Shown: positions 26,897-38,850, counted from the first letter of the whole stretch. The stretch: 63,912 nucleotides of DNA, filler included, from Octopus bimaculoides (GCF_001194135.2; 6 parts of 6 records of this genome joined end to end with filler, not necessarily neighbours in it); one strand, 5' to 3'. Notes: generated by a model from the sequence alone, not told the origin. Made by a program: numbers and translations.

Positions 26897-27669
26897 NNNN
26901 NNNNNNNNNNNNNNNNNNNNNNNNNNNNNNNNNNNNNNNNNNNNNNNNNNNNNNNNNNNNNNNNNNNNNNNNNNNNNNNNNNNNNNNNNNNNNNNNNNNN
27001 NNNNNNNNNNNNNNNNNNNNNNNNNNNNNNNNNNNNNNNNNNNNNNNNNNNNNNNNNNNNNNNNNNNNNNNNNNNNNNNNNNNNNNNNNNNNNNNNNNNN
27101 NNNNNNNNNNNNNNNNNNNNNNNNNNNNNNNNNNNNNNNNNNNNNNNNNNNNNNNNNNNNNNNNNNNNNNNNNNNNNNNNNNNNNNNNNNNNNNNNNNNN
27201 NNNNNNNNNNNNNNNNNNNNNNNNNNNNNNNNNNNNNNNNNNNNNNNNNNNNNNNNNNNNNNNNNNNNNNNNNNNNNNNNNNNNNNNNNNNNNNNNNNNN
27301 NNNNNNNNNNNNNNNNNNNNNNNNNNNNNNNNNNNNNNNNNNNNNNNNNNNNNNNNNNNNNNNNNNNNNNNNNNNNNNNNNNNNNNNNNNNNNNNNNNNN
27401 NNNNNNNNNNNNNNNNNNNNNNNNNNNNNNNNNNNNNNNNNNNNNNNNNNNNNNNNNNNNNNNNNNNNNNNNNNNNNNNNNNNNNNNNNNNNNNNNNNNN
27501 NNNNNNNNNNNNNNNNNNNNNNNNNNNNNNNNNNNNNNNNNNNNNNNNNNNNNNNNNNNNNNNNNNNNNNNNNNNNNNNNNNNNNNNNNNNNNNNNNNNN
27601 NNNNNNNNNNNNNNNNNNNNNNNNNNNNNNNNNNNNNNNNNNNNNNNNNNNNNNNNNNNNNNNNNNNNN

Positions 27670-28619
27670 ACTTGTTTTTCTAAGATGCACCATAAATGTT
27701 CAATAATATTGAGATCTGGGGACTGTGGTGGCCAGATAAGATGTTCAACTTCACTAGAATGTTCCTCATGCCATTCAGTAACAACTTAGCTGTGTGAATT
27801 GGTGCATTATCATCCTGAAAGATTGCGTTTCCCTCTGGAAACAGTTCCGCAACCATAGGATGAATTTGATCAGATAAAATGCCTAAATAGGCTTCTCTAT
27901 AAATTCTTATTTCTTTATTGCCCACAAGGGACTAAACATAGAGGGGACAAACAAGGACAGACAAAGGGATTAAGTCAATTACATCGACCCAAGTGCGTAA
28001 CTGGTACGTAATTTATCGACCCCAAAAGGATGAAAGCCAAATTTGACCGCAGCGGAATTTGAACTCAGAACGTAATGGCAGACGAAATACTGCTAAGCAT
28101 TTTGGCTTAGTGCAGCTCCCGGCAAACAGTTTTTGTGGAAACTGGGTTCTCAAGGTAGTCATTAAGCTCTGCAGTAATTTTGGAAGCTGTACTTTTGTGA
28201 TCCTGTCTAATAATTTGCGTAAGAGTTCAACGGTCCCTATTTGAAAGTTTTGGTGTTCTTCCAGGGTTTTGTTTTAACAAGGAAGTTTTTCCCTCTTTCT
28301 CAAAGGCTGGCATTACTTTCGAGACAGTACTTCTTGATACACCAAACATTTTGGCTGTTTTCGTGATGCTAGTGCCTGCCATACGAGCATCAACAATTTG
28401 ACCTCTCTGAAAGTCCGATAGAGCTGTCATTTTAATGAATTTTAATTACCTTTTTCTGATGATATCTGAAAAGGAACAGCAATTTTAGCAAAACATATTA
28501 AGCAACACTAATAATAAATCAAAAAACATAAAAATAAACAAGCTTTTGATGGTTTTACAGATATTTCAAAATTATGATGCTATGATGATAGGTGTTTCCA
28601 TTATTTTGTCCAAGCCCTG
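27670..28619 (-). mobile_element. Tc1-like DNA transposon, DD36E (Incomer-like) transposase pseudogene
   Basis: TA|CAGGGCTTGGACAAAATAATGGAAACACC terminus (28591-28621); ATG at 28430 MTALSDFQRGQIVDARMAG...; FQDDNAPIHTAK then (after a 1-nt frameshift) VTEWHEEHSSEVEHLIWPPQSPDLNIIEHLW; other end in gap. Confidence 0.9.
27904..28106 (-). mobile_element. SINE family B, 5'-truncated, replacing the centre of the Tc1 transposase
   Basis: AAAATGCTTAGCAGTATTTCGTCTG...GAGTTCAAATTCC...CTTTCATCCTTTTGGGGTCGATAAATTA; tail ...CCCTTGTGGGCAATAAAGAAATAAG. Confidence 0.9.
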
Positions 28620-29660
28620 TATATACATATATTGTAATCTTGAATCTGTTGACTAAGAATTATGATCCAATGTGTTGAAACTGATATTGTTATACTTTGG
28701 AAGGGTCATATTGCCAATAAACACACACTCACATTGCTTATGGTTCACTTCAGTTTTAGTTATAACAAAGATTTTTCCTCAATTTTTTTAAATCATTGAG
28801 AAAGTAACAGTTATGGGATAAGACATTTCTAACTATTTAACTAAACCTGAAATGCACTATAACCAGTGTGTGTATTTGGAAGTATAACAAAGTATAACAA
28901 AATTGTATGATGGAATAGATATATGAGAAAACACATAAAATCATTATGTTGATTAGTTGGCCTTCATTCTTTCACTTGTGTCATGCTGTTTCTTTGAAAT
29001 CTTCACTTTTTCCATTTTATGATACATGAATATTATCAAACATTGAAACTCCTTTACTGGTTTTAGTCAGTGGTTGGCAGCCATTCTGTAGCACTCCATT
29101 CCAACCCTAGTACTTATTCCTGTGTGGTACATACCTTATCATTCTCCATTTATCAAATGGCTAAGTTATCTTGAAATGTAAAAGTATGCAACTTGACCAA
29201 CCATTTCAAACAAATGTAGATATGTGTGAGCCTCTACTCAGTGACTTAATTGAATGGAAATAGCAGCCAAATCTCCTTTAAACCACAACTCTATAAAGAT
29301 AGATACATTGTAGAATTTAGTCCAAGATATGCTGAAAATAAGATGGCATAGCCATGGCTGGACTTCCTTTGATCATCATGGGATAGACAACAAGGCACAA
29401 ATGCAAGCACACACATATACATGGTTCAAATGTACAAAAAACAAACGATAGAGACAGGTGAGGGAACAACAAACAAGGTGTATTAGTTTGACATTCAGGA
29501 AAAATGGAAGAAGTCTTTGACGTTTCAAGCCAACACTCTTTGACAGAAAGGAATGAGGGGAAAAAAATGGAGGGAGAAGAAAAACGTTTGTATTAATAGT
29601 TTCACGTGTTGAAATGTGTGTGCAAATGTGGCTATGTGGTAAGGAGCTAGGCACAGACAT

Positions 29661-30047
29661 TGTTGTTGTTGGCACTCCGTCGCTTACAACATCAAGGGTT
29701 CCAGTTGATCCGATCAATGGAACAGCCTGCTCATGAAATTAACGTGCAAGTGGCTGAGCACTCCACAGACACGTGTACCCTTAACGTAGTTCTCGGGGAT
29801 ATTCAGTGTGACACAGTGTGACAAGGCTGACCCTTTGAATTACAGGCACAACAGAAACAGGAAGTAAGAGTGAGAGAAAGTTGTGGTGAAAGATTACAGC
29901 AGGGTTCGCCACTATCCCCTGCCGGAGCCTCGTGGAGCTTTAGGTGTTTTCACTCAATAAACACTCACAATGCCCGGTCTGGGAATCGAAATGCAATCCT
30001 ATGACCACGAGTTCGCTGCCCTGACCACTGGGCCATTGCGCCTCCAC
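29661..30047 (-). mobile_element. SINE family A, full length
   Basis: Perfect 12-bp TSD AGGCACAGACAT at 29649-29660 and 30048-30059. Confidence 0.95.
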
Positions 30048-30430
30048 AGGCACAGACATGACTGTGTGGTAAGAAGCTTGCTTCCCAACCACATGGTTCT
30101 GGGTTCAGTCTTCTTCTATAGCTTCAGGCCAATCAAAGCCTTGCGGGTGGATTTGGTAGATGGAAACTGAAAGAAACCTGTTGTATATGTATATGAATAT
30201 GGGTGTGTATCTTAATGTCTGTGTTTGTACCCCCATCACTGTTTGACAACAGGTGTTGGTGTGTTTACATCCTCATAACTTAGTGGTTTCGCCAAAGAGA
30301 CCAATAGAGTTAGTAATAGGCTCAAAAAATAAGTCCTAGGGTCCATTTGTTCGACTAAAATCTTTCAAGGCAGTGCTCCAGTATGGCCATAGTCAAATGA
30401 CCGAAACAAGTAAAAGAAAGAATAAAAGAA
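30048..30430 (+). mobile_element. SINE family C, near full length
   Basis: Head GACTGTGTGGTAAGAAGCTTGCTTCCCAACCACATGG; tail CAAATGACCGAAACAAGTAAAAGAAAGAATAAAAGAA. Confidence 0.9.
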
Positions 30431-30441
30431 TATATATATAT

Positions 30442-30481
<40 letters not shown>

Positions 30482-30581
30482 NNNNNNNNNNNNNNNNNNN
30501 NNNNNNNNNNNNNNNNNNNNNNNNNTTAATTAATTAANNNNNNNNNNNNNNNNNNNNNNNNNNNNNNNNNNNNNNNNNNNN

Positions 30582-32696
30582 TCTTCATTATCTTTGCCAT
30601 ATAGTTTTAAATCATCCATATAAAATAGATGGCTTATTTCCCTGTTGTCAATTTTGTAGCCATATCCTGTTCTATTCAGTTCATTTGAGAGTGGTATTAG
30701 TGCTATGCAGAAAATTAGTGGTGAAAGTGAGTCACCTTGGAAAATGCCACAGTTTATGCTAATATTGTTTGAGCGCAATACTTCATTAGAATGATATAAT
30801 TGCAGCTTCGTGTTCCATAGTGACATATTATACTTTTAAAAATATGAAATCACAGGAGAAATTTTGAAAATGTCCAGCGATTTCAGAATCCACGAATGTA
30901 GTATGCTGTCAAAGGCTTTTTTTATAATCAATCCATGAAGGGCTGAGATTTCTACGTTTGTTATGACAATTCTCAAGGATCATGTGATTAATTAAGAGCT
31001 GATCTTTGCATCCGTATGAGCCTCGTCTGCATCCTTTTTGTTCAGTGGGAAAGGGGTTATTCTCTTCCATAAACGTATGTGTTTTCTCCACTAGAATAGA
31101 TGTCAAAATCTTATAGGTAGTAGACAAACATGTTATAAGCCGGTAGTTTTTTTAGGGTCTTTGGTTTTGTTATTTTAGGGGAGGAGGTAAGTAATACCAT
31201 TTGCCATCCAGTGGGGAGTTTTTTCTGGGTCTTTCATAATACTATTAAATAGTATTACTAACATTTTGTGTGTGGACGAGAGTGATGAGAGCCAGAAATT
31301 TGGTACTCTATCAATACCAGGGGATTTCCACTTATGAGCCTTCGTTAGTGCCCTCCTTAGGTCGTCGATTGAGATGTCTTCCCATACCTGTTCTTGTAGA
31401 TTATTGTATGCATCTTGGGTGCGTTTGATCCAGTTTGCATTTTCATTGTATGGTTTCTCATCATTCCAGACCCTTTCCAAAAGTTTTCAACTTCTTCCAT
31501 TACGGGTAGATTTTCAATGGTTATTTTTTCTTTCCCTATTTCCCTGTAAAATGATTTAGCATTGGATTTGAACATTTTATTTTGCTTGTAGAATTTGATT
31601 CTTTTCTCAGATCTGCGTATCCTCTGAGCTTTTGCTTGAACGTTTTGTTTAAGTGTTTCATTCGCTGACATTAGTTCTCTTGTTGAGAGTCCATATTTCC
31701 TCACGATCTTCATGCCTGTTTTTGATCTTACACCATTTCTAGAGATTAGCTCAGTTAATATTGATATCTCCCTTCGCAATGATTCAATCTCAGTTTCAAT
31801 TCTACTCCTTCAGTTTGATTTTCTTTTCGATTACCTTAGCAACAGAATAAATGATTCCATTTAACTTATTAAGATCGGGTTTTAGTTGTTGTATGATTTC
31901 TTGTGTAATGCAGTTGCCAATTTTTATTTGCACTTTATGTTGGTGTGCATTTGAGAGTTTATGGAGTGGTTCCCTATCATTCATAATTGTATGCCCTACA
32001 ACTGCAAGCTCATTCAGAACTTCCTGCTTCATTTCAATGATAGATGTTCTGTGTTGTACAGCAAATATGTGGTTTTCAAATTCTGTTTCGACATCATTTT
32101 CCTGGCTGTTTTTCCTAGGGTCGTTATATTCTCTTTTTTTTCAGGCCCTTGAGTGGTTTCGGCAGATGGTCGCTTTTCAGTCAATGCTTGTGGTCCAACG
32201 TTCCTCTCCTCTGCTTCATTATTTCTTTCCTGACTTATATTTAGGTCATTCTCTACCACTTTTTTAATAGAGGTTAATTCTGCATCTGTGAGTCTGGTAT
32301 TTCTGAAGATATCTCTTCTAGCATTTGCTAATCTGTTTTCATCCAGGTTTGGTCTGCTAGCTGAATTCCGGCTCCTCCAAATTCTGTAGGAGTTTGCGGT
32401 GTGTTTCTCTTGGGATGGCCTACTTAATACAAAGTAATAAGTGTATATTACTTCTTTATATTCTTCCCGGTTCCATTTAGTTCTTTTACATTTTTGATTT
32501 TGTGGACCTTGTGGTGGTGAACTTTGGGGGCTTAATTTGGGACAAATCCCGTCTAAGTGACCTTCCAGGTTCGTATTCGGGGAAGATATTCTGCCATTTG
32601 AAAATGTTTTGCCATCAGGCGCGCTTCCAGAATAGCCATTGGACAAGCGATTCGGTGTATGTTTGAAATTTTCTTTTCGTTTTAAGTAAAGTTAAA
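30582..32696 (-). pseudogene. R4/Dong-clade non-LTR retrotransposon: N-terminus plus reverse transcriptase, frameshifted; 3' part lost at spacer
   Basis: N-terminal RTKWNREEYKEVIYTYY...RLANARRDI; KSPGIDRVPNFWL; EQKGCRRGSYGCKDQLLIN; WIDYKK; RT motifs GIFQGDSLSP and HLFYMDDLKLY; six collinear ORF pieces from 32646 to 30582. Confidence 0.88.
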
Positions 32697-32772
32697 TTAT
32701 TATTAAATTTTCATTAAAAATAAATATATTTATTTTATTTTTTAATGTATTTTTTTACCACTTATCTTCATA

Positions 32773-33078
32773 CAGGGGCCGCATTTATCATCATCAGCAG
32801 CATCAGAAATATCACTATCAGCAGCAGCAGCAACGGCGGTGGAATAGTAGTAGTAGTGGCAGCAGCAACAGCAGCAGTACCAGTAGCAGCAGCAGCAGTA
32901 GTAGCAATAGTAGCATTAGCAGCAGCAGCAGTAGTAATAGTAGCAGTAGTAGCAGTAGCAATAGTGGCAGCAGCAGCGGTGGTAGCAGCAGTAGTAACAG
33001 CAACAGCACCAGCAGTAGTAGTAATAACAGTAGTAACAACAGCAGTAGTAGGAGTAGTAGTAGTAAATGCGGCTCATG
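32773..33078. mobile_element. TA-flanked TIR element with a microsatellite interior
   Basis: TA|CAGGGGCCGCATTTA ... TAAATGCGGCTCATG|TA (13/15 TIR match); interior is (AGC/AGT)n. Confidence 0.6.
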
Positions 33079-33081
33079 TAA

Positions 33082-33085
<4 letters not shown>

Positions 33086-33119
<34 letters not shown>

Positions 33120-33278
33120 TTATGTTTGACTTTTGCTTTGCATTTGTACAAGTTGGATCCAAGTCTCACCCAGAGACCTCAAGAGACAACAAGTTAGAAG
33201 TTCATGTAGGTGTTATACCTGGGGTACCATATATTTCGATTTGTACATAGTGTTGTTCTAGAGAATGTTTAAGAAACC
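33086..33278 (-). mobile_element. 3' end of the same probable R4/Dong family as 17951-18107, with (AAT)n tail
   Basis: About 95% identity to 17951-18107; tail (ATT)n on + at 33086-33119. Confidence 0.65.
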
Positions 33279-34021
33279 NNNNNNNNNNNNNNNNNNNNNN
33301 NNNNNNNNNNNNNNNNNNNNNNTTAATTAATTAANNNNNNNNNNNNNNNNNNNNNNNNNNNNNNNNNNNNNNNNNNNNATATATATATATATATATATAC
33401 ACATATATATATATATATATGTACACATTGGTAAGTGTTAATGTAGCCTGTTTCTATAGTTTCTACATATATAAAAACCACTACCACTAGTTTACTGTAT
33501 TATTTCACTTCTATTTCAACAACATTCAATACAGGACATGGTTCCCTAATACTTGTCTTCCTTTTATCTCTACATTTGTTTATTCTCATAGTATCTAACT
33601 CTATTTTGTATGGCTCCAACTGTGCACAGTTTTAAACCTCTCTTATAGATAGTTAGTTGCTAGACAACTGCTTCTAGTAAATTTGCAGCTTTATATAATC
33701 TTGAATAATTCGATATTGTTTGTTAAAGAATAACTTTTCTGTTATTGAAAAGTAACATGAAGCTTAATAATTGTTACTGTAAGATATATATTTCTAAACA
33801 ACCATATTAAAATAGGTAATGCTGTGACAAATTTGGTAGTATCTTGAACTAAAGACTTGTCAGTATTTAATTAAATCCCTTTACATTTTACATTATGTCT
33901 CACTAAAGTTGACTTTATTTTACATATTGAAGATGGTGGTGGTGGTGGAGTGAAGATTGCTAAAATAAGTACCAGTTATATCCTGGGTGGTGGTGGACAT
34001 AATCACTGGTGCACTTTCCCT

Positions 34022-34240
34022 GTTGCCAGTACCGCCTGACTGGCCTTCGTGCGGGTGACACGTAAAAGCACCCACTACACTCTCTGAGTGGTTGGCGTTA
34101 GGAAGGGCATCCAGCTGTAGAAACTCTGCCAAATCAGATTGGAGCCTGGTGTAGCCATCTGGTTTCACCAGTCCTCAGTCAAATCGTCCAACCCATGCTA
34201 GCATGGAAAGCAGACGTTAAACGATGATGATGATGATGAT
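34022..34240 (+). mobile_element. RTE-type LINE 3' UTR fragment (young copy), (GAT)n tail
   Basis: Nearly identical to 23060-23286. Confidence 0.85.
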
Positions 34241-35022
34241 GTAATATTGTGCATATGTTAGAAATCAATAATTTCTGAAATCTAAAAAAAAACAACAGAA
34301 TGTCTCATAGCACATCTGTTTTTAATCGCAGCTGTTTGAAACTATCATGTTCCAAACTTGTAACTGTAAGGAAGTTAAAACATTAAGTTGTTAATATGTT
34401 GATAGAAGACTGTTTAGTATAAATTAATCAGGATTTTTCTTAATCCTTAATACTCTTATTATTATAACCAGGTGTAAAAGTGGCTGATAACAGACTAAGC
34501 AGACAACTAGCTAAAATGCCTTATGGCATTTTGTAACATCTCTGTACATTGATCTGAGTTCAAATCTTGTCAAGGTTGTCTTTACCTTTCAACTTCCAGG
34601 GATCTATGAAATAGATATCTATTTTGTGCCAGGATCAATATAATGGACTATTTCTCTTCTCACCTTGAAATAATATATAGTCTTGTATTAATATTATAAA
34701 GCTTTATCATAACCAGATGTAGGGAGATTGATTGCAGAATTAGCTGTATGATGATTAAATCATTGATGTAATTTGTTACTTGTGGGTTCAAATCTTGCAA
34801 GAGTCTATCTCACCTTCCATTCAAAGTTCAAGTCAAGCACTGTATACAGTTTAAATAACTACATTTAGTGACATCCTAAGGCAGGTGCTATGGGTACTGC
34901 AGCTTATGAATAATACAATTTTGTCATATTTTGATAGCTTGGTGGGCTGGGATTGGGGCACTTTGGTATAATATCAGGGCCTGTGAGTGCCTAAAGATGG
35001 TCCTGACTTGACCATATATATA

Positions 35023-35118
35023 TGTCTTGGGGTCAATTTGTTCGACTAAAACCCTTTAAAGCGGTGCTCCAGCATGGCTGCAGTCAAATGACTGAAACAA
35101 GTAAAAGAATAAAAGAAT
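35023..35118 (+). mobile_element. SINE family C 3' fragment
   Basis: GGGGTCAATTTGTTCGACTAAAA...GCGGTGCTCCAGCATGGCTGCAGTCAAATGACTGAAACAAGTAAAAGAATAAAAGAA. Confidence 0.85.
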
Positions 35119-35208
35119 GAGTGTAATATAATAGTAGCTGAACTTAGCATTACAATTAACCTTCCAAGTTAATGATGCTATCTTTTTGTTTTGTAAATCA
35201 GTTGCCCT

Positions 35209-35435
35209 TTAAACCTTTAGCATTTAAACTGATCATATTCAGCCAAAATATTCTACATGTTTTATGTTCAAATTGGACAAATCCAGTCTCTCACACCTAT
35301 CCTACGGTGTCATTCTTAAAATAATCAATCACATCATCAAAATCTTGAAGCTGCAAGATAAAGTATTGTCAATTCAAAACAATGTAAATAAATAAGTATT
35401 AATGTAACAGAGTAATCTGAATGCTAAAGAGTTAA
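35209..35435. mobile_element. TTAA-flanked MITE (piggyBac-like termini)
   Basis: TTAA|ACCTTTAGCATT ... AATGCTAAAGAG|TTAA; second internal copy at 26531. Confidence 0.7.
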
Positions 35436-36000
35436 ATCACAGGTTTGTGACTTATCTTGAACAAAATCAGATAATTTTTATTTTTAGGAGTCACTTTTAA
35501 AGGTCCATAGTTAAGTGTTATTCTTATATCTGATAAGAAAATTATGAGAGAAGATGAATAAGGGATGTAAACTTTGTTAAAGTGTTGTTTCATAAATATT
35601 TCTGATGAGGTTGATGTTTAATCTTTAGGTTGATGTCTTGTGAAAGTGTGGGCAAGGAAGGAGTCCCACAGAATTGCAGTTTTGGGAAGAGGGATTAGGA
35701 TGTTTAGCTAGGTTCATAAGATACAGTAGGAATGATGAAAGGTGGAGATGCAAACATACCAGGTGGAATTATGAGGCAATTATATATATATATATTACGG
35801 TGTTCAAGTTAAAACTAACATTATTAAAGAGATTTTAAATATAATTGATATATTCCTTAGAGATAATAAAAAATGTAATAATATTTTTTCTAGTAATAAT
35901 TTAGGAGTAGGTTATTAATGTTGGTAACATTATTTATTCTTTTAATAGATTTAAGTTAAATAAGTTTTACAAATATAAATTAAATATTTATTCTAATAAG

Positions 36001-36217
36001 TTTTGGGGAAAGGGGTAAATTGATTACACTGACCCCAGTGCTTAACTGGTATTTATTTCATTGACCCTAGTGCTTAACTGGTACTTATTTTAATTACCCC
36101 GAAAAAAATGAGAGGCAAAGTTGATCTCAGTGGCATATGAACTCAGGACGTAATACAGATGAAATGCCGCAAAGCATTTTGCCTGGCATGCTAACGATTC
36201 TGCCAGTATGCTACCTT
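36001..36217 (-). mobile_element. SINE family B with an internal ~32-bp tandem duplication
   Basis: TGACCCCAGTGCTTAACTGGTATTTATTTCA followed by TGACCCTAGTGCTTAACTGGTACTTATTTTA. Confidence 0.85.
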
Positions 36218-38179
36218 TATCAAGGACTGTAATATCAACAGTAAGAAAAAAACAACACAAAAAAAGAACTGTTAGATTAATAGTGAAAAAAATATAGAAA
36301 TGGGATGCCGTATATTAGTGTGCTAAAAGTTATAGTGGGTTTTGTCATCTATCAGAATAATAACACCAGAACTCGTACCCATTCACTACAGCTAAATGAT
36401 GTCTAATAGACACAAAAGAACATCTGCAATGGATATAAACTCATGATCCCTGGCATGGCAGTCAAGTTATTTTAACTATTCAATATCATTGATAATTCCA
36501 GAAGGATACTGAAATGGCAATGAGAAAAAAACCTCCATATATTTAGAATTTTCAAGTAGTTGATGTATATTAAAATAACTTTCAATAATTTCTTTATTCT
36601 AGGTTGAATTTGTGAAAAATATAGTCAAGGCTGACCTGGAGTTAAAAAATTATAATTGAAAAATCTAACCTTTCCATGAATTAACTAAATATTTTGTAAG
36701 TAAATAATTGTTGGAAATAGTTTTAACAATAATTCATCTTTACGTAAGTGGTTCAATGAACAATTGTGAAAAATGATTCAAGAAAGAATTATGAAAGCTG
36801 TAGGTTAACTTCCATTTAACACATCAGTATTAACTTCCATTGCTTACATAATTATGCCAAAAACACTTGTATTTAATTTCAAGCGGAGATGACGAAAACA
36901 ACAACTTAATCTACTGGTAGGCTTCACCAACTACCACATCTTCAATATTGTTTTGATAATAAGAACTATCATTATTCAGCAGCTACTAATTAGCTCCAAG
37001 AACAGCATAGTAATATAGTTGGCAAGATTACAGAGAATTCACAAACACAAAACATTCCTTGGCAAAGTTAGAATGAGAAGAAACTTCACAGCTAGTGGGA
37101 GAAATATCAAGAAGTTATTTTCTATGGAGGTAAGTAGTCTGAGTTGAGTGCACAAGGGGGTCCGTGTCACTAAAATAGCACACAAAGATATGCAGCAGGT
37201 GGAAAATGTTTGAGTTAACTATCCCTTTTCTCAATGCATGGCATGATACTTCTTTCCATATCTATGGTTAAGCATTTGTTTTAAATAATAAAAAAATATA
37301 AGATTGTCAGCATCAGAAATTTTTAATAAATAAAATGCTCAAATAAGATATTTCATGTTTTGATATATTTCAGTATAGTGGAATTTAGCAGGCAAATAGT
37401 TTTTGCTAAAGATATAGCTGATACAGGTCTTGACATAGAAAGCTATAAACTTTCTTTTACAATGAACTTACCAGTCTAATTTCATAAAGATTTAGTTATA
37501 TATTATAGTGATTACAAATTTAATCAACCATATAACTAGTTTCTGTTGAAAGCTATGCTAGGACTTAGAATAAAAAATTATTGAACATTTTTTTTATGAT
37601 ATAGCAATTTATTAACTACTATTACTACTGAGTAATTTAGTAGTTTGTGTTATTTGAACTGATACAGTTCAATCTGTGCTCATCCCACTTTTCACTTCAG
37701 CATGTTCTAAAGTACTTTTACCATGGAAGAGGACAAAAAAATTCTAACAGACATTGTCATGAGATATTTATTTTGTTATCATCATATAGAAATAGGTATA
37801 TAAACATAAAAAATTACTGACAATACTCACTTTCTTCCCAAGTAACCTGAACACTAATTGTAAGTAATGATACTTGACAGACAGGTGAAATTACACATGA
37901 ATGCTATTTAGTAGATTATTACTAACAATAAAATACTACCAAAAAACTATACTTCTGATTAGTCACCAAAAACATTACACAAGAGACCGAACCCCCACCT
38001 CATCCCAACAAAAAGAAAACAGATGCTTGTTCAACTATTGCAGATGCATTAATGGCTTTTTGTTCCATTGAAAATAACAATAATACAAACTAAGAGAAAT
38101 TAGATTTATTTCTCATACATTAAATCATTAAATACATAGTAAAATATTTATACCATTAATATACTTACTAGTATAATAA

Positions 38180-38362
38180 GGGCAGGGAGCAGGCAGAATT
38201 GTTAGCACACTGGGTGAAATGCTTAATGGTATTTTAGCCATCTTTATGTTTTGAGTTCAAATTCTGCTGAGGTTGACTTTGTTTTTCACCCTTTCAAGGT
38301 TGATGCAATCAACCAGTGCCTCTCCCAAAATTCCTGGCCTTGTGCCCAAATTTGAAATCAAT
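38180..38362 (+). mobile_element. SINE family B, internally deleted
   Basis: Head GGCAGAATTGTTAGCAC, B-box GAGTTCAAATTC, tail CCTTGTGCCCAAATTTGAAATCAAT. Confidence 0.85.
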
Positions 38363-38850
38363 AAACTTACTATTATATTAATACTATTCAAAATTAAACC
38401 AATAGTGACAAAAAGAATCCACTAATTTTAATACTATAGTATCACATTTTCTGGTTATTTCACACACCTTGTGAAATTTATTCACAGCATCTTTTGTACA
38501 TTATACCATCTACAGAGATTGTAATATATCAGCTGCACTATTACTCATGAATTTCCAAAGTTCTTGTCTTATTTATAAGATAAGGACTCTGAATAATGAA
38601 GTAGTGGGTTCTAGTTTCACTTTTCAGAGATATACATATAAATTCTTGGAGAACTTTTTCCTCTGAAGCTATCACAAGTTTGATTAACATAGTGAAATAG
38701 ACACAAGAAGTTGGAAATAGTGAAAACCTAATTAAGATAAACATTAGAGGAAATCTGAAGGGTTTTCTTTTTTTCTATAATTACCTGTTACCAGCAATGA
38801 ATTTGATTAGACAAATAAGTGAAACGTGAACAGGTAATATTCTATCTCAG

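Noticed and set aside
32745-33197. 150-aa Ala/Val/Ile-rich ORF that looks like a membrane or antifreeze protein (similar ORFs at 10681, 47683, 58654 and 62799)
   Set aside because: Pure translation of trinucleotide microsatellites; no complex sequence
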